Below, in pieces: positions 29,204 to 41,884 of a stretch of DNA of 64,000 nt; the stretch's first letter is position 1; each line of letters starts with the position of its first letter. The DNA lies in contig URXW01000003.1 in NCBI GenBank assembly GCA_900551995.1, positions 3,196 through 67,195 of the forward strand, read 5' to 3'. The notes beneath the pieces are model-generated. The model saw only the letters and a program-made list of their open reading frames with translations. It did not search any database and had not been told where the DNA came from. A program made the position numbers and the translations under genes. This stretch comes from an uncultured Eubacteriales bacterium (GTDB lineage: Bacteria; Bacillota; Clostridia; Oscillospirales; Oscillospiraceae).

Positions 29204-29797
29204 TCACTTCCCCGGAATGGTCAGCGTCATGCGGCAGCACAGGTCGTCCAGATCGCTGTCCGTGGCGGCGGGGAGCCGCAGCCTGCCGCCGCACCTGCCG
29301 CACACGATGTCCACCGCGCCGCGCCGTACCTGTATGGCGTATTCTCTGCTGCCGCAGGAGCAGGAGATACCGCCGCGCCCGGCGATGTCCTTCAGCTCGG
29401 AGAGCACCTCGTACATAATGACGTTGTCGGTGAACGCCCCGTCCGGGTCCGCCTTCTCCTTCGCCACGCGGATGGCGAGCCCCTCCATGGCCTTGCGAAC
29501 CTCCGCCTCCTCGCCGATGAAGCAGCACAGCTCCTGCTTTTCCGGGCAGCTCAAGCCGATGCCCCGCCCGTGGAGCACCGCGTCTGCGCCGCACTCCGCC
29601 TGATGGTGCCCGCCGCACACGCCGCAGGGCACCTGCAAGCGGAAGCGCAGCCCGTCCGTCTCGGCGGTGAGGGCTTCCTTCCCACATTCACATTCCATCC
29701 GCGCCGCGGCGGCGTTCAGCGCGAACACGCTGCGGCTGTGCAGCACCGCCTTGCCGCAGGCGGGGCAGATATATCCAAAGCTACGCATTTCCTCCAT
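29204..29797 (-). CDS. Cys-rich multi-zinc-ribbon hypothetical protein
   Basis: CPAC, CEC, CGVC..H, CSC, CGRC; ATG at 29797 after AAGGAG. Confidence 0.7.
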   Translation of the reverse strand: MEEMRSFGYICPACGKAVLHSRSVFALNAAAARMECECGKEALTAETDGLRFRLQVPCGVCGGHHQAECGADAVLHGRGIGLSCPEKQELCCFIGEEAEVRKAMEGLAIRVAKEKADPDGAFTDNVIMYEVLSELKDIAGRGGISCSCGSREYAIQVRRGAVDIVCGRCGGRLRLPAATDSDLDDLCCRMTLTIPGK

Positions 29798-29868
29798 GGT
29801 ATATGCTCCTTCGTTCCAAATGGTCACTATATTATACACCGGCGGCTGCGCCTTTTCCAGTGGTATAT

Positions 29869-29897
29869 TCATATTTCCCGCCAAAGAGCGCACACTA
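29869..29897 (+). promoter_or_regulatory. SigG-like forespore promoter for spoVAD-spoVAE
   Basis: TCATA-17 nt-CACACTA resembles the SigG consensus GHATA-17/18-CATAHTA. Confidence 0.55.
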
Positions 29898-29926
29898 CGG
29901 AAAATGTGATTTGCGAGGTGTGTACA

Positions 29927-30961
29927 ATGGACGTGAAACGACTGAGCCGCCAGACCTGCCGGTTCCTCCGCCCGCCGGGCGTCGTCAGCTTCGCCGCCGT
30001 GGCGGGGCGGCTGGAGGGCGACGGCCCGCTGGGCGGCTGGTTCGACGCTGTGGCGGAGGACTCCTTCTGCGGGCGCGACACATGGGAGCAGGGGGAGGCG
30101 CAGATGCAGGCGGACGCTCTGCGGCTGGCTTTGCAAAAGGGCGGCTTATCGGCGGAGGACGTGGACTGCGTGTTCGCCGGGGATCTGCTGAACCAGAACA
30201 TCGGAGCCACGTTCGCCCTGCGGGATTTCAACATCCCCTTCTACGGGGTTTACGGTGCCTGCTCCACCATGGGAGAGACGCTGTCGCTGGCGGCGATGGC
30301 GGTGGCGTGCGGCTTCGCCTCCATGGCCGCCGCCCAGACCTCCTCCCACTTCTGCACCGCCGAGCGGCAGTACCGTATGCCCCTGCCCTACGGCAGCCAG
30401 CGCAGCCCCACCGCCCAGTGGACCGCCACGGCGGCGGGCTGCTGCATCCTCAGCCGGCAGGCGGAGGGGCCCTATATCACCCACGCCGTCCGGGGCAGGA
30501 TCGTGGATCTGGGCGTGACGGACATGACGAACATGGGCGCGGCGATGGCACCTGCCGCCTTCGACACGTTGTCCGCCCTGTTCCGCGACACCGGCACCGC
30601 GCCGAAGGACTACGACCTCATCCTCACCGGCGATCTGGGGGACGTGGGCAGCCGCCTTGTGGTGGAGATGTTCCGCCGGGAGGGCGTGACGCTGGAGAAC
30701 TACACCGACTGCGGGCTGCTGCTCTACGACAGGAAGCGGCAGGATATGCACGCCGGCGGCAGCGGCTGCGGCTGCTCGGCGGCGGTGCTCAACGGCATGG
30801 TGCTGGAGGGTATGCGCCGCGGCAAGTGGCGCCGGGTGCTGTTCGCCCCCACCGGGGCACTGCTCAGCACCACCAGTTCCTTTCAAGGGGAGAGCATCCC
30901 CGGCATCTGCCACGCGGTGGTGCTGGAGGCGACAAGGGAGGGCACAGAATGGAGTATGTGA
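29927..30961 (+). CDS. spoVAD: Stage V sporulation protein AD
   Basis: GDLLNQ, GACSTMGE, SSHFCTAERQYR, MGAAMAPAA, TGDLG, GGSGCGCSA, TGALLS. Confidence 0.95.
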   Translation: MDVKRLSRQTCRFLRPPGVVSFAAVAGRLEGDGPLGGWFDAVAEDSFCGRDTWEQGEAQMQADALRLALQKGGLSAEDVDCVFAGDLLNQNIGATFALRDFNIPFYGVYGACSTMGETLSLAAMAVACGFASMAAAQTSSHFCTAERQYRMPLPYGSQRSPTAQWTATAAGCCILSRQAEGPYITHAVRGRIVDLGVTDMTNMGAAMAPAAFDTLSALFRDTGTAPKDYDLILTGDLGDVGSRLVVEMFRREGVTLENYTDCGLLLYDRKRQDMHAGGSGCGCSAAVLNGMVLEGMRRGKWRRVLFAPTGALLSTTSSFQGESIPGICHAVVLEATREGTEWSM

Positions 30962-31311
30962 ACGCATTCCTCTGCGGCGGGCTGCTGTGCGCCGTGGGAC
31001 AGATACTGGTGGACAAAACCCGTCTCACTCCCGCCCGTATCCTGACGGGCTACGTGGTGGCGGGCGTGGTGCTGCAAGCGGTGGGCGTGTACCAGTACGT
31101 GGTGGACTGGGGCGGCGCGGGAGCCACCGTACCCCTGACGGGCTTCGGCTATTCTCTCGCCAAGGGCGTGGCGGACGCCGTGGCGCGGGACGGGCTGATG
31201 GGCGTGCTCACCGGCGGTCTGACGGCGGCGTCCGGCGGCATTACGGCGGCGGTGGTGTTCTCCCTGCTGGCGTCGCTGCTGGTGCGCCCCTCGGACAAGC
31301 GGCGGCGGTAA
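30949..31311 (+). CDS. spoVAE: Stage V sporulation protein AE (SpoVAEb)
   Basis: [35 protein letters not shown]. Confidence 0.92.
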   Translation: MEYVNAFLCGGLLCAVGQILVDKTRLTPARILTGYVVAGVVLQAVGVYQYVVDWGGAGATVPLTGFGYSLAKGVADAVARDGLMGVLTGGLTAASGGITAAVVFSLLASLLVRPSDKRRR

Positions 31312-31329
31312 AAGTTCTTTAACTTTCTC

Positions 31330-31358
31330 TTGCAAATTGAGGAAAGCGGTGGTACACT
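31330..31358 (+). promoter_or_regulatory. SigA-type promoter for copA
   Basis: TTGCAA-17 nt-TACACT with TG extended -10. Confidence 0.6.
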
Positions 31359-31396
31359 GGCGGCGTAAACGTAGTGAACAGATAGGATGTGATACT

Positions 31397-33901
31397 ATGA
31401 CAGAGAAATTCGTCGTCACCGGCATGACCTGCGCCGCCTGTGCCGCCCACGTGGAGCGGGCGGCAAACAGCGTCCCCGGCGTCCGTGACGCATCGGTGAA
31501 TCTGATGCTGGGCACGCTGACCTGCCAGCGGGACGACAGCGTGGATCCCGCCGCCATCGTCTCCGCCGTCACGGCGGCGGGCTACGGTGCCGCCCCGGAG
31601 AGCGAGGTGCGCCGCGACCTCCGCGCGGAGCAGGACGCCTCCGCCAAGGCCATGGGCAGGCGGCTTCTGTGGTCGGCGGTGTGCCTTGTGCCGCTGTTCT
31701 ATCTCAGCATGGGACACATGATGGGGCTGCCGGTGCCCGCCTTTATGCACACGGAGCCGCTGCTCGCCGGCATACTGCTGCTGGTACTGACGGTGCCCAT
31801 CCTCCTGCTGAACCGCAGCTACTTCACCGTGGGCTTCTCCCGCTTGTGTAAGGGCAGCCCCAACATGGACTCGCTGGTGGCTCTGGGCGCGGCGGCGGGA
31901 CTGGTATACAGCCTCATCGAGCTTGGACTGCTGGCGGCGGGGAAGGTCACAGGTATGCCCGATCTGTACTTTGAGTCGGCGGGCATGATATTGACGCTGG
32001 TGACGGTGGGCAAGTACATGGAGGAACGCTCCAAGGGCAAGACCACCGGGGCCATCACCGCCCTGCTGGCACTGGCACCGGAATCCGCCGTGGTGCGCCG
32101 TGACGGAAAGGAAATCACCGTCCCCACAGGGGACATCCGCCCCGGCGAGACGGTCATCGTCCGGCAGGGGGGACGCATCGGCGTAGACGGCACGGTGGCC
32201 GCCGGCGGCGGCACCGTGGACGAGTCTGCCCTCACCGGCGAGAGTATGCCGGTGGAAAAGACCGTGGGCGACAGAGCCGTGTCCGCCACCATCCTCACCG
32301 GCGGCTATCTGGAGCTGACGGCGGAGCGTGTGGGGGAGGACACCACCCTGTCCCAGATCATCCGCCTTATGGAGCAGGCGGCGGGGGGCAAGGCTCCCAT
32401 CAGCCGTCTGGCGGACAGGATCAGCGCGGTGTTCGTGCCGGTGGTCATCGCCATCGCCGTCCTCGCCTCGGTGCTGTGGGCGGCGGTGGGCGGCATGGGC
32501 GTCCGGTTCTGCCTGAGCATCGGCATCGCCGTGCTGGTGATCTCCTGCCCCTGCGCGCTGGGACTGGCAACGCCCGTGGCGATCACTGTGGCGACGGGCA
32601 AGGCGGCGGAGCGGGGCGTGCTGGTGAAGTCCGCCGCCAGCCTGGAGCTGATGGGACGCGTGGACACGGTGGTGCTGGATAAGACCGGCACCGTCACCGA
32701 GGGCAAGCCCCGCGTGACGGACGTGCTGTGCGCCGCCGGCATGGACGAGTCCGCGCTGCTGTCCGCCGCCGCCTCTCTGGAAAAGCCCTCCGAGCACCCG
32801 CTGGCGGGTGCCATCGTCGCCGAGGCGGAGACGCGCAAGCTGACGCTGCACCCGGCGTCGGATTTCTCCGCCGTAGCGGGCGGCGGCGTGACCGCCTCCG
32901 TGGTGGGCGTGAAGCTGCTGGCGGGAAATGAAGCGTTTATGGCGCAGTCCGGCGTGGCGGTGAGCGCGGAGCTGCACTCCGCCGCCGCGCAGCTGGCGGA
33001 GGACGGCAAAACGCCCCTGTTCGTGGCGGGGAACGGCGCGCTGCTGGGCGTGGTCGCCGTGGCGGACGTGGTAAAGCGCGACAGCGCGGCGGCGGTTGCC
33101 GCCCTGCGCTCCATGGGCTGCGAGGTGGTGCTGCTGACCGGCGACAACCGCCGCACGGCGGACGCTATCGCCCGTCAGGTGGGCGTTAGCCGCGTTATCG
33201 CGCAGGTGCTGCCGCAGGACAAGGCGCGTGTGGTGCGCGAGCTGCAGGCGGGCGGCGGAAGGGTCGCCATGGTGGGCGACGGCATCAACGACGCCCCGGC
33301 ACTGGTGACGGCGGACGTGGGGCTGGCTATCGGCGCAGGCACGGATGTCGCCATTGAGTCGGCGGACATTGTGCTGATGAAAAACAGCCTCATGGACGTG
33401 GCGGACGCGGTGTCCCTGTCCCGCGCCACCCTGCGGAACATACGGCAGAACCTGTTCTGGGCGTTTTTCTATAACTCCGTGGGGATCCCCGTGGCGGCGG
33501 GCGCGCTGTACCCGGCGTGGGGAGTGACGCTGAACCCCATGCTGGCGGCGGCGGCGATGAGCCTCAGCAGCGTCTGCGTGGTGGGCAATGCACTGCGCCT
33601 GCGGAGCTGGAAAAGCGGCGAAGTCGCCGCTAAGACGGTTGCAAAACCGTCCCAGCCGGTGTATGATACGTGTAACCAATGCAGCAAGGAGGCTGACACT
33701 ATGAGCAAAAAGACCGTCACCATCAAGGGCATGATGTGCGCCCACTGCGTCTCCCACGTGGAGAAGGCTCTGACCGCACTGGGCGTACAGGCGGACGTGG
33801 ATCTGGCGACCGGCACCGCCGTCGTCACCGGCGACGTCAGCGACGACGCCCTGCGTAAAGCCGTCACCGACGCCGGCTACGAGGTCGTGGACATCAAGTG
33901 A
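31397..33901 (+). CDS. copA: Cu(I)-exporting P1B-type ATPase with N- and C-terminal HMA domains
   Basis: [39 protein letters not shown]...MSLSS, C-terminal GMMCAHC. Confidence 0.96.
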   Translation: MTEKFVVTGMTCAACAAHVERAANSVPGVRDASVNLMLGTLTCQRDDSVDPAAIVSAVTAAGYGAAPESEVRRDLRAEQDASAKAMGRRLLWSAVCLVPLFYLSMGHMMGLPVPAFMHTEPLLAGILLLVLTVPILLLNRSYFTVGFSRLCKGSPNMDSLVALGAAAGLVYSLIELGLLAAGKVTGMPDLYFESAGMILTLVTVGKYMEERSKGKTTGAITALLALAPESAVVRRDGKEITVPTGDIRPGETVIVRQGGRIGVDGTVAAGGGTVDESALTGESMPVEKTVGDRAVSATILTGGYLELTAERVGEDTTLSQIIRLMEQAAGGKAPISRLADRISAVFVPVVIAIAVLASVLWAAVGGMGVRFCLSIGIAVLVISCPCALGLATPVAITVATGKAAERGVLVKSAASLELMGRVDTVVLDKTGTVTEGKPRVTDVLCAAGMDESALLSAAASLEKPSEHPLAGAIVAEAETRKLTLHPASDFSAVAGGGVTASVVGVKLLAGNEAFMAQSGVAVSAELHSAAAQLAEDGKTPLFVAGNGALLGVVAVADVVKRDSAAAVAALRSMGCEVVLLTGDNRRTADAIARQVGVSRVIAQVLPQDKARVVRELQAGGGRVAMVGDGINDAPALVTADVGLAIGAGTDVAIESADIVLMKNSLMDVADAVSLSRATLRNIRQNLFWAFFYNSVGIPVAAGALYPAWGVTLNPMLAAAAMSLSSVCVVGNALRLRSWKSGEVAAKTVAKPSQPVYDTCNQCSKEADTMSKKTVTIKGMMCAHCVSHVEKALTALGVQADVDLATGTAVVTGDVSDDALRKAVTDAGYEVVDIK
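33639..33692 (+). promoter_or_regulatory. Candidate internal promoter and SD inside the copA linker
   Basis: TTGCAA (33639-33644)-17 nt-TATGAT (33662-33667); AAGGAGG (33686-33692) 8 nt before ATG 33701. Confidence 0.55.
33701..33901 (+). CDS. Candidate nested in-frame CopZ-like copper chaperone (66 aa)
   Basis: [24 protein letters not shown]...AGYEVVDIK is a complete HMA domain starting at an ATG with a strong SD. Confidence 0.5.
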   Translation: MSKKTVTIKGMMCAHCVSHVEKALTALGVQADVDLATGTAVVTGDVSDDALRKAVTDAGYEVVDIK

Positions 33902-33950
33902 AAAGAGCAAAAAAAGAAAGCCCGCCGGGGCTTTCTTTTTTTGCTCTTTT
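33901..33950. repeat. Long palindrome / bidirectional terminator, family member 1
   Basis: 23-bp perfect arms AAAAGAGCAAAAAAAGAAAGCCC, loop GCCG; near-identical to 41821-41866. Confidence 0.8.
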
Positions 33951-35741
33951 TCACGCCGCGCTCTCCGGCTCCTCCGTGGAGGCTTCTCCCTCCTCCGGGG
34001 CAGCGGGCACGGCGGGGCTCTCCTGGGCGGCGTCGCGCCTCACGCTCTCGGCATCCAGAATGGTGCCCTCGTTCTCGGTGAACCGGACGGTGACCCGATC
34101 CCCCACGTTGTAGATGACCACCTCCGGCTGCTGGGCGGCGGAGACAACGTAGTAGTGGCTGTCGCCGGTGAGACGCAGATAGTACAGCGTGTTGCCGCCC
34201 ACCACAGCGGAGCGGATGTCCTCCAGCACGCCGCTGGCCTCCCTCTGCCCCTCGGTGGTGGGCAGGTCGGCGTTATCGGCGGAGACAAGCCCCTTTTCCG
34301 CCAGAATACGGCGGTAGTTCGCCTCGCACTGCGCCACGGTGTCGCCGGTGGCGACGATCTGGTACTGGCTGACGTTGACCATGGCGTACATCTTCACCAG
34401 CTCGGCGGCGTCCTTCAACGCCATGAAGTACGTGGGCTGGTCGGAGATGTTCAGCAGCAGCGGGAACGTGGCGGTGTACTTCATCTGCTGCACCTGTCCC
34501 TCGGCACTGCCCATGGCGGAGTATTCCTTGGCACCCGCCACCAGATAGAACCGCGTGTCCTTAGTGCGCTGGTTGGACAGGATGAAGCCGATGTTGGACT
34601 CGTCGGACACCACGGAGGTAACGCCGGTGTACATATACACGTCGTCGCCGATGGCGATATAGTTATACCCCTCCGTGGTCACGGTCACGTCCCGCTGTCC
34701 GAACAGGGAGTTGATAAAGCCGTTGATATACGCCCCGTGGTAGTCGTACTGCTGCATGATAAGCTCTGCGGTGAACACGTGATCCACCCAGTTGGGCACG
34801 TCGCCCGTCTTGTAGTAGGCACTCTCGCCGGTGACGGCGTTCACCAGCACCGCGCCGATGATGTCGCGTCCGCCGAACAGCCCGATGGTGTGGCTGACAC
34901 GGGGACACACCCACCACGGATCGCCGTTTTCGTCGATCTCAAAGGCGGGGTCGTCGAACATATAGGTGGGGTAGTGGAACCGCAGATGGCGGTAGAGGTT
35001 CCGGCTGAAATGCTCCGCCGTGGTGTAGTGGATGCCCTCGTCCAGCCGCACCACCTCCACGTTCTGCGTCACCATGTCGATAAGCAGATAGGCGGGCAGC
35101 CCCTGTGAGCGGTTGTTCAGCCACTTGATGACGTCGCCGTACCGCAGGGGCGTGACCCGCACGGGGCGTCCCTGATAATTGATCTGTGTATAGTCGTCGG
35201 CGACCTCAAACTGGGACACCATGTCCGCCAGCTCGCCCAGCTTCCGGTTGCCCAGCTTCATGGCGGAGTTGGCGTCCAGCATGGGGATCTGGTCGTAGCT
35301 GATCTCCTCCACCTCGGCGGCGAAGTCGCCGTCCTCCACCGTCAGCAGATCCCGATAGCTGCCGGCGCGGAACAACTGCCAGCCCAGCACGGAGCCTGCC
35401 AGCGCGGTGGCTATCATGGCTATGGCGATGATCAGCGGCAGCGTGCACTGCTTTTTCAGAAAGCCGAAATAGCCCTTGGCACCGCTGCCCTGAAACCCGG
35501 AGGTCAGCACGGCGCAGGCACCGTACACCGCGCACGTCAGCAGCACGAAGATGTAGAAATCCTCGCTCTTGAAGCTGATGGGCGGCAGCACGATGTAGAA
35601 ATACACGGCGGCGAAAACCACCGTCACCGCGATGTTCAGCAGCGTGCGTCCCAGCGGCGTTCCCACGGGCTTGCGCTCCCGCTTGGGGCGGGACTGATGA
35701 CCGAAGCCCTGAAAATTGGGGTCGTTCCAGTTTATGTTCAT
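33951..35741 (-). CDS. Conserved membrane protein with a large extracytoplasmic domain
   Basis: Three N-terminal TM segments, 596 aa, host-like codon usage, SD GAAAGG; no motif recognised. Confidence 0.8.
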   Translation of the reverse strand: MNINWNDPNFQGFGHQSRPKRERKPVGTPLGRTLLNIAVTVVFAAVYFYIVLPPISFKSEDFYIFVLLTCAVYGACAVLTSGFQGSGAKGYFGFLKKQCTLPLIIAIAMIATALAGSVLGWQLFRAGSYRDLLTVEDGDFAAEVEEISYDQIPMLDANSAMKLGNRKLGELADMVSQFEVADDYTQINYQGRPVRVTPLRYGDVIKWLNNRSQGLPAYLLIDMVTQNVEVVRLDEGIHYTTAEHFSRNLYRHLRFHYPTYMFDDPAFEIDENGDPWWVCPRVSHTIGLFGGRDIIGAVLVNAVTGESAYYKTGDVPNWVDHVFTAELIMQQYDYHGAYINGFINSLFGQRDVTVTTEGYNYIAIGDDVYMYTGVTSVVSDESNIGFILSNQRTKDTRFYLVAGAKEYSAMGSAEGQVQQMKYTATFPLLLNISDQPTYFMALKDAAELVKMYAMVNVSQYQIVATGDTVAQCEANYRRILAEKGLVSADNADLPTTEGQREASGVLEDIRSAVVGGNTLYYLRLTGDSHYYVVSAAQQPEVVIYNVGDRVTVRFTENEGTILDAESVRRDAAQESPAVPAAPEEGEASTEEPESAA

Positions 35742-35875
35742 AGCTGTTCCTTTCTCATGTCCGTCATACCGGTCTTTACCTACCTATTATACCCGATGCG
35801 GGCGGCTTTGTATAGCAACTTCAAGTTGCGGCGGCAAAAAAATATCCCCCGGCGGTGCCGGGGGATATTCTGCTT

Positions 35876-38380
<2,505 letters not shown>

Positions 38381-38427
38381 AAAGGAACACTTCCTTTCAA
38401 ACGGTTATTCTTATAGGGGGGAGATTT

Positions 38428-38877
38428 TTAAGAGGCCTTTTCCCCCAAGGCCTTCAGCTCGTCCCGCAGGTGGGCGGCGTCCTCAAAACGCTCCTCCGCC
38501 ACAGCGTTGCGGAGCTGTGTTTCCAGCGCGTTGCGCTTGCGCTCCAACGCCAGCGACATGGCCTCGTCGTGGGGCAGAAGGTCGTCCTTCCCGGTATCCT
38601 CCGGGTCGGCGGTCTGCGCCTGCTCCAGCACATTCACGGGACGGGGGAACTCCGTCAGCATCCTGTCGCCGAACCCGCCGAAGAAGGGCTCGAGCATCCG
38701 GAAGGGACGGTCAAACCAGTCGTCGTCGAACCAGCTGCCCATGCGGCTCTGGAGGGAGCCGGTGTAGCCCATGGCGCGGGCGCAGTTGGGGCAGAGATGC
38801 GTCTCCGTCACCCTGCCGTTGATATTGCTCTTATAGTAGAACGTAGCCTCGTTCTTACCGCAGCGATCACACTTCAT
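38428..38877 (-). CDS. mcsA: McsA-like protein (one zinc finger plus UVR domain)
   Basis: CDRC..HLCPNC and AVAEERFEDAAHLRDEL; lies between ctsR and clpC. Confidence 0.85.
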   Translation of the reverse strand: MKCDRCGKNEATFYYKSNINGRVTETHLCPNCARAMGYTGSLQSRMGSWFDDDWFDRPFRMLEPFFGGFGDRMLTEFPRPVNVLEQAQTADPEDTGKDDLLPHDEAMSLALERKRNALETQLRNAVAEERFEDAAHLRDELKALGEKAS

Positions 38878-38903
38878 AGTATCATAACCTCCTTATGCCG
38901 TCG

Positions 38904-39353
38904 TCAGACGGAATGGATCAAAACTTGCTTGAATATAGCGGCGCGCAGTGCGTCGCGGCACTCCGGGCGCGCGGACTGCAACGCCCGCGTGCCGGTGGCG
39001 GAGAGCAGTGCGTTCCCCACCTCGCGGCTGATGGCACTGGACTCCACCAGATTCTGAGTGATGGCGCGCGCACTGGCGGGATCCAGCCGCTGCCCGATGG
39101 AGTTGATGACGTGCATCAGCAGCGTCTGGCGACCCACCTGCACCCGCGTAATGCGGATGTAGCCGCCGCCGCCCCGCCGGGACTCCACGATGTAGCCGTG
39201 CTCCGGCGAGAACCGGGTGGACATCACGTAGTTGATCTGGCTGGGCACGCAGTTGAACCGCTGTGCCAAGTCGCTGCGCTGTACCTCCAGCGCGCCGCCC
39301 GCCTCCTCCAATTCCTGCTGGATGAACCCAGCGATAATATCGGAAATACCCAA
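38904..39353 (-). CDS. ctsR: Class III heat-shock repressor CtsR
   Basis: ISDII, FNCVPSQINYV, ESRRGGGGYIRI; TTG start at 39353. Confidence 0.95.
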   Translation of the reverse strand: MGISDIIAGFIQQELEEAGGALEVQRSDLAQRFNCVPSQINYVMSTRFSPEHGYIVESRRGGGGYIRITRVQVGRQTLLMHVINSIGQRLDPASARAITQNLVESSAISREVGNALLSATGTRALQSARPECRDALRAAIFKQVLIHSV

Positions 39354-39397
39354 ATTCTCGCCGCCTTTCTCTCGTGTACCAAGGTCAAGGGTTTCGC

Positions 39398-39482
39398 TTG
39401 ACTTTGCCTTTCCTTGACCTTTGACCGTATCATACACCAGTTATCCTACTTTGTCAATAGGTTAAATTGACTTTCTTTGACT
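39398..39482 (-). promoter_or_regulatory. CtsR operator heptads
   Basis: Minus strand AGTCAAA-GAA-AGTCAAT (39466-39482) and GGTCAAAGGTCAAGGAAAGGCAAAGTCAA (39398-39426) match RGTCAAA-NAN-RGTCAAA. Confidence 0.85.
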
Positions 39483-39558
39483 TTTAGTGTAAACAATTTA
39501 TGAACGAAGCCGCACCCCATTCAAAGGCGAAAAGGAGAACCCTTGCGGGTGCTCCTTT

Positions 39559-39736
39559 CTGCGTGTCGATAGACCCCGCTGTGCGTGCAGTCTTTCCTCC
39601 TCACAGGGGGAGCTCGAGGGGGCAAAGCCCGCCTCGAATCGGATCAAATGCCGCGCTAAGCCTTGCTATGCAAGGCGTGCGTGGAGCGAAGCGAATATTT
39701 TCGAGCCGCTTCGCGGCTCGAAAATAACGGCATTAT
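39559..39736 (+). mobile_element. MITE/REP-like element, copy 2 (right end missing)
   Basis: Matches 24368-24546 with few substitutions; abuts hairpin AAAGGAGAACCC-TTGC-GGGTGCTCCTTT. Confidence 0.75.
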
Positions 39737-39752
39737 CGTGTATAGACAGCGG

Positions 39753-40946
39753 TTACAGCGTGGCGAGAGCCTGCTTCAAGTCGGCGATGATGTCCTCGGC
39801 GTTCTCCAAGCCCACGGACAGGCGGATCAGACCGGCGGCGATGCCGGAGGCGGCAAGCTCCTCCTCGGTGTAGGTGGAGTGGGTCATGGAGGCGGGGTGC
39901 TCGATCAGCGTCTCCGCGTCGCCCAGCGACACCGCCACGGTGATAAGGTGCAGCGCGTTCACCAGCTTCACGCCGGCGGCGCGTCCGCCCTTGACCTCGA
40001 AGGACAGCATTCCGCCGAAGTCGCTCATCTGGCGGCGGGCGACGTCGTGGCCGGGGTGATCGACCAGACCGGGATAGTAGACCTTCTCCACGGCGGGGTG
40101 GTTATACAGGAATTCCGCCACCGCCATGGCGTTGGCGCAGTGCTTCTGCATACGGATCTCCAGCGTCTTGAGACCGCGAAGGATCAGGAAGGCGGAGAAG
40201 GGATCCATGACCGCGCCGGTCATGTCCTTCAGACCGAACATACGCACCTCATTGCAGAACTCGGCGGAGCTGACCACGAAGCCGGCGATCACGTCGCCGT
40301 GACCGTTCAGATACTTGGTGGCGGAGTGCACCACCACGTCCGCGCCCAGCTCCAGCGGACGCTGGAGGTACGGGGAGGCGAAGGTGTTGTCGCAGATCAC
40401 CTTGATGTCCTTGTTGTAGCCGTGGGCGATCTCCGCCACGGCGGTGATGTCCGCGATCTTCAGATTGGGGTTGGCGGGTGTCTCCAGATAAACGGCGCAG
40501 GTGTTGGGGCGCAAGGCTTTGCGGACCTCCTCCAGATTGGAGGTGTCCACGAAGCTGACCTCCACGCCGTAGCGGGTCATGCCGTGATTCAGCAGCGCGA
40601 AGGTGCAGCCGTACAGGGTGCCGTCCGCCACGATGTGCTTTCCGGCGGCTGCCACGGACCACAGCGCGGAGGAGATGGCACCCATGCCGGAGGCGGCGGC
40701 GACGCACGCCTCGCCGTTCTCCAGAGCGGCGATCTTGGCTTCCAAAATGGAGGTGGTGGGGTTGCCGAGGCGGGTGTAAATATAGCCGCTCTCGGCTCCG
40801 GCAAAGCGGCGTCCGCCCTGCTCGCAGCTGTCAAAAACGAAGGTGGAGGTCTGGAAAATGGGGGTGGTGAGGGCACCGTACTGGCTGTCCTTCACGTTCC
40901 CGGCGTGGATGGCTTTCGTACCGAAACCGCAGTTTTCGTGCAACAT
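39753..40946 (-). CDS. megL: Methionine gamma-lyase (PLP-dependent)
   Basis: [56 protein letters not shown]. Confidence 0.9.
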   Translation of the reverse strand: MLHENCGFGTKAIHAGNVKDSQYGALTTPIFQTSTFVFDSCEQGGRRFAGAESGYIYTRLGNPTTSILEAKIAALENGEACVAAASGMGAISSALWSVAAAGKHIVADGTLYGCTFALLNHGMTRYGVEVSFVDTSNLEEVRKALRPNTCAVYLETPANPNLKIADITAVAEIAHGYNKDIKVICDNTFASPYLQRPLELGADVVVHSATKYLNGHGDVIAGFVVSSAEFCNEVRMFGLKDMTGAVMDPFSAFLILRGLKTLEIRMQKHCANAMAVAEFLYNHPAVEKVYYPGLVDHPGHDVARRQMSDFGGMLSFEVKGGRAAGVKLVNALHLITVAVSLGDAETLIEHPASMTHSTYTEEELAASGIAAGLIRLSVGLENAEDIIADLKQALATL

Positions 40947-41434
40947 GGGATCGTCCTCCTTTTAATACATGTATGATGGATGTCCAGTTGAAATTGTACC
41001 TGTACAAAGGGTTGATGTTCAAGTTGTACGTCCGGTGTGCGCCCGGCGCGGGGCGGACAGGCGGCGCGGGAGAGTGCGTACAGGTCACAAAACAAGAGTA
41101 ACACAGCCGGGGCGGAGAGTGGTAACGGCGAAATGTGTAAGCCTGTTATTTATAATATTGATAGCAAAACGGCGCAAAGGAGACGTTAATTTTTCCAGAG
41201 CACAGGGAAGGGGGAGGGAAAGAGCGGTTTCCATCGGAAAGATTGGCGGGTTTTACGGCTTTGTGCGGGAGAAATACGGGACGGTTTGTCTAAAAACGCG
41301 ATAGTAAAAACAGATAGCAACAAACGGGCGCGGAAAATAGTTGCCATTTTCCGGAGAATGTGGTATAAGTGGAGGCAGAAAGTCCGTCCGGCGAAGCCGG
41401 ATGAAAGACAGCTATCATGCAGGAGGTTATTACC

Positions 41435-41815
41435 ATGAAGAAGATCATCGCCACCAGCAACGCGCCCGCCGCCATCGGTCCTTACTCTCAGGCCATCGAC
41501 TGCGGCAGCTTCCTTGTTACGTCCGGGCAGGTGCCCTTTGACCCCGCCACCGGCGAGTTCGTCCCCGGCGGCATTACCGAGCAGACCCGCCAGGTGCTGA
41601 CCAACATCAAGGCGATTTTGGAGGCCGCCGGTCTCACCATGGACAACGTGGCAAAGACCACCGTGTTTTTGCAGGACATGGGCGATTTCGCCGCCATGAA
41701 CGCCGTGTACGCCGAGTTCTTCACCGAGGGACAGTATCCCGCCCGCTCCGCCGTGGAGGTGGGTGCGCTGCCCAGAGGCGCGTTGGTGGAGATCGAGACC
41801 ATCTGCGTGAAGTAA
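41435..41815 (+). CDS. ridA: RidA-family enamine/imine deaminase
   Basis: [33 protein letters not shown]. Confidence 0.92.
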   Translation: MKKIIATSNAPAAIGPYSQAIDCGSFLVTSGQVPFDPATGEFVPGGITEQTRQVLTNIKAILEAAGLTMDNVAKTTVFLQDMGDFAAMNAVYAEFFTEGQYPARSAVEVGALPRGALVEIETICVK

Positions 41816-41820
41816 AATAG

Positions 41821-41866
41821 AAGAGCAAAAAAAGAAAGCCCGCAGGGGCTTTCTTTTTTTGCTCTT
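41821..41866. repeat. Long palindrome / bidirectional terminator, family member 2
   Basis: 21-bp perfect arms AAGAGCAAAAAAAGAAAGCCC, loop GCAG. Confidence 0.8.
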
Positions 41867-41884
41867 TCGTTCTCTGCCGGGGGG

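Noticed and set aside
29105..29926. 618-aa ORF extending SpoVAD N-terminally
   Set aside because: The extension is antisense to the zinc-ribbon gene; SD, promoter and homology support ATG 29927
40950..41140. SAM (S-box) riboswitch or leader peptide before megL
   Set aside because: No S-box consensus segments; ORFs 40831-41088 and 40892-41104 lack SD and Met/Cys runs
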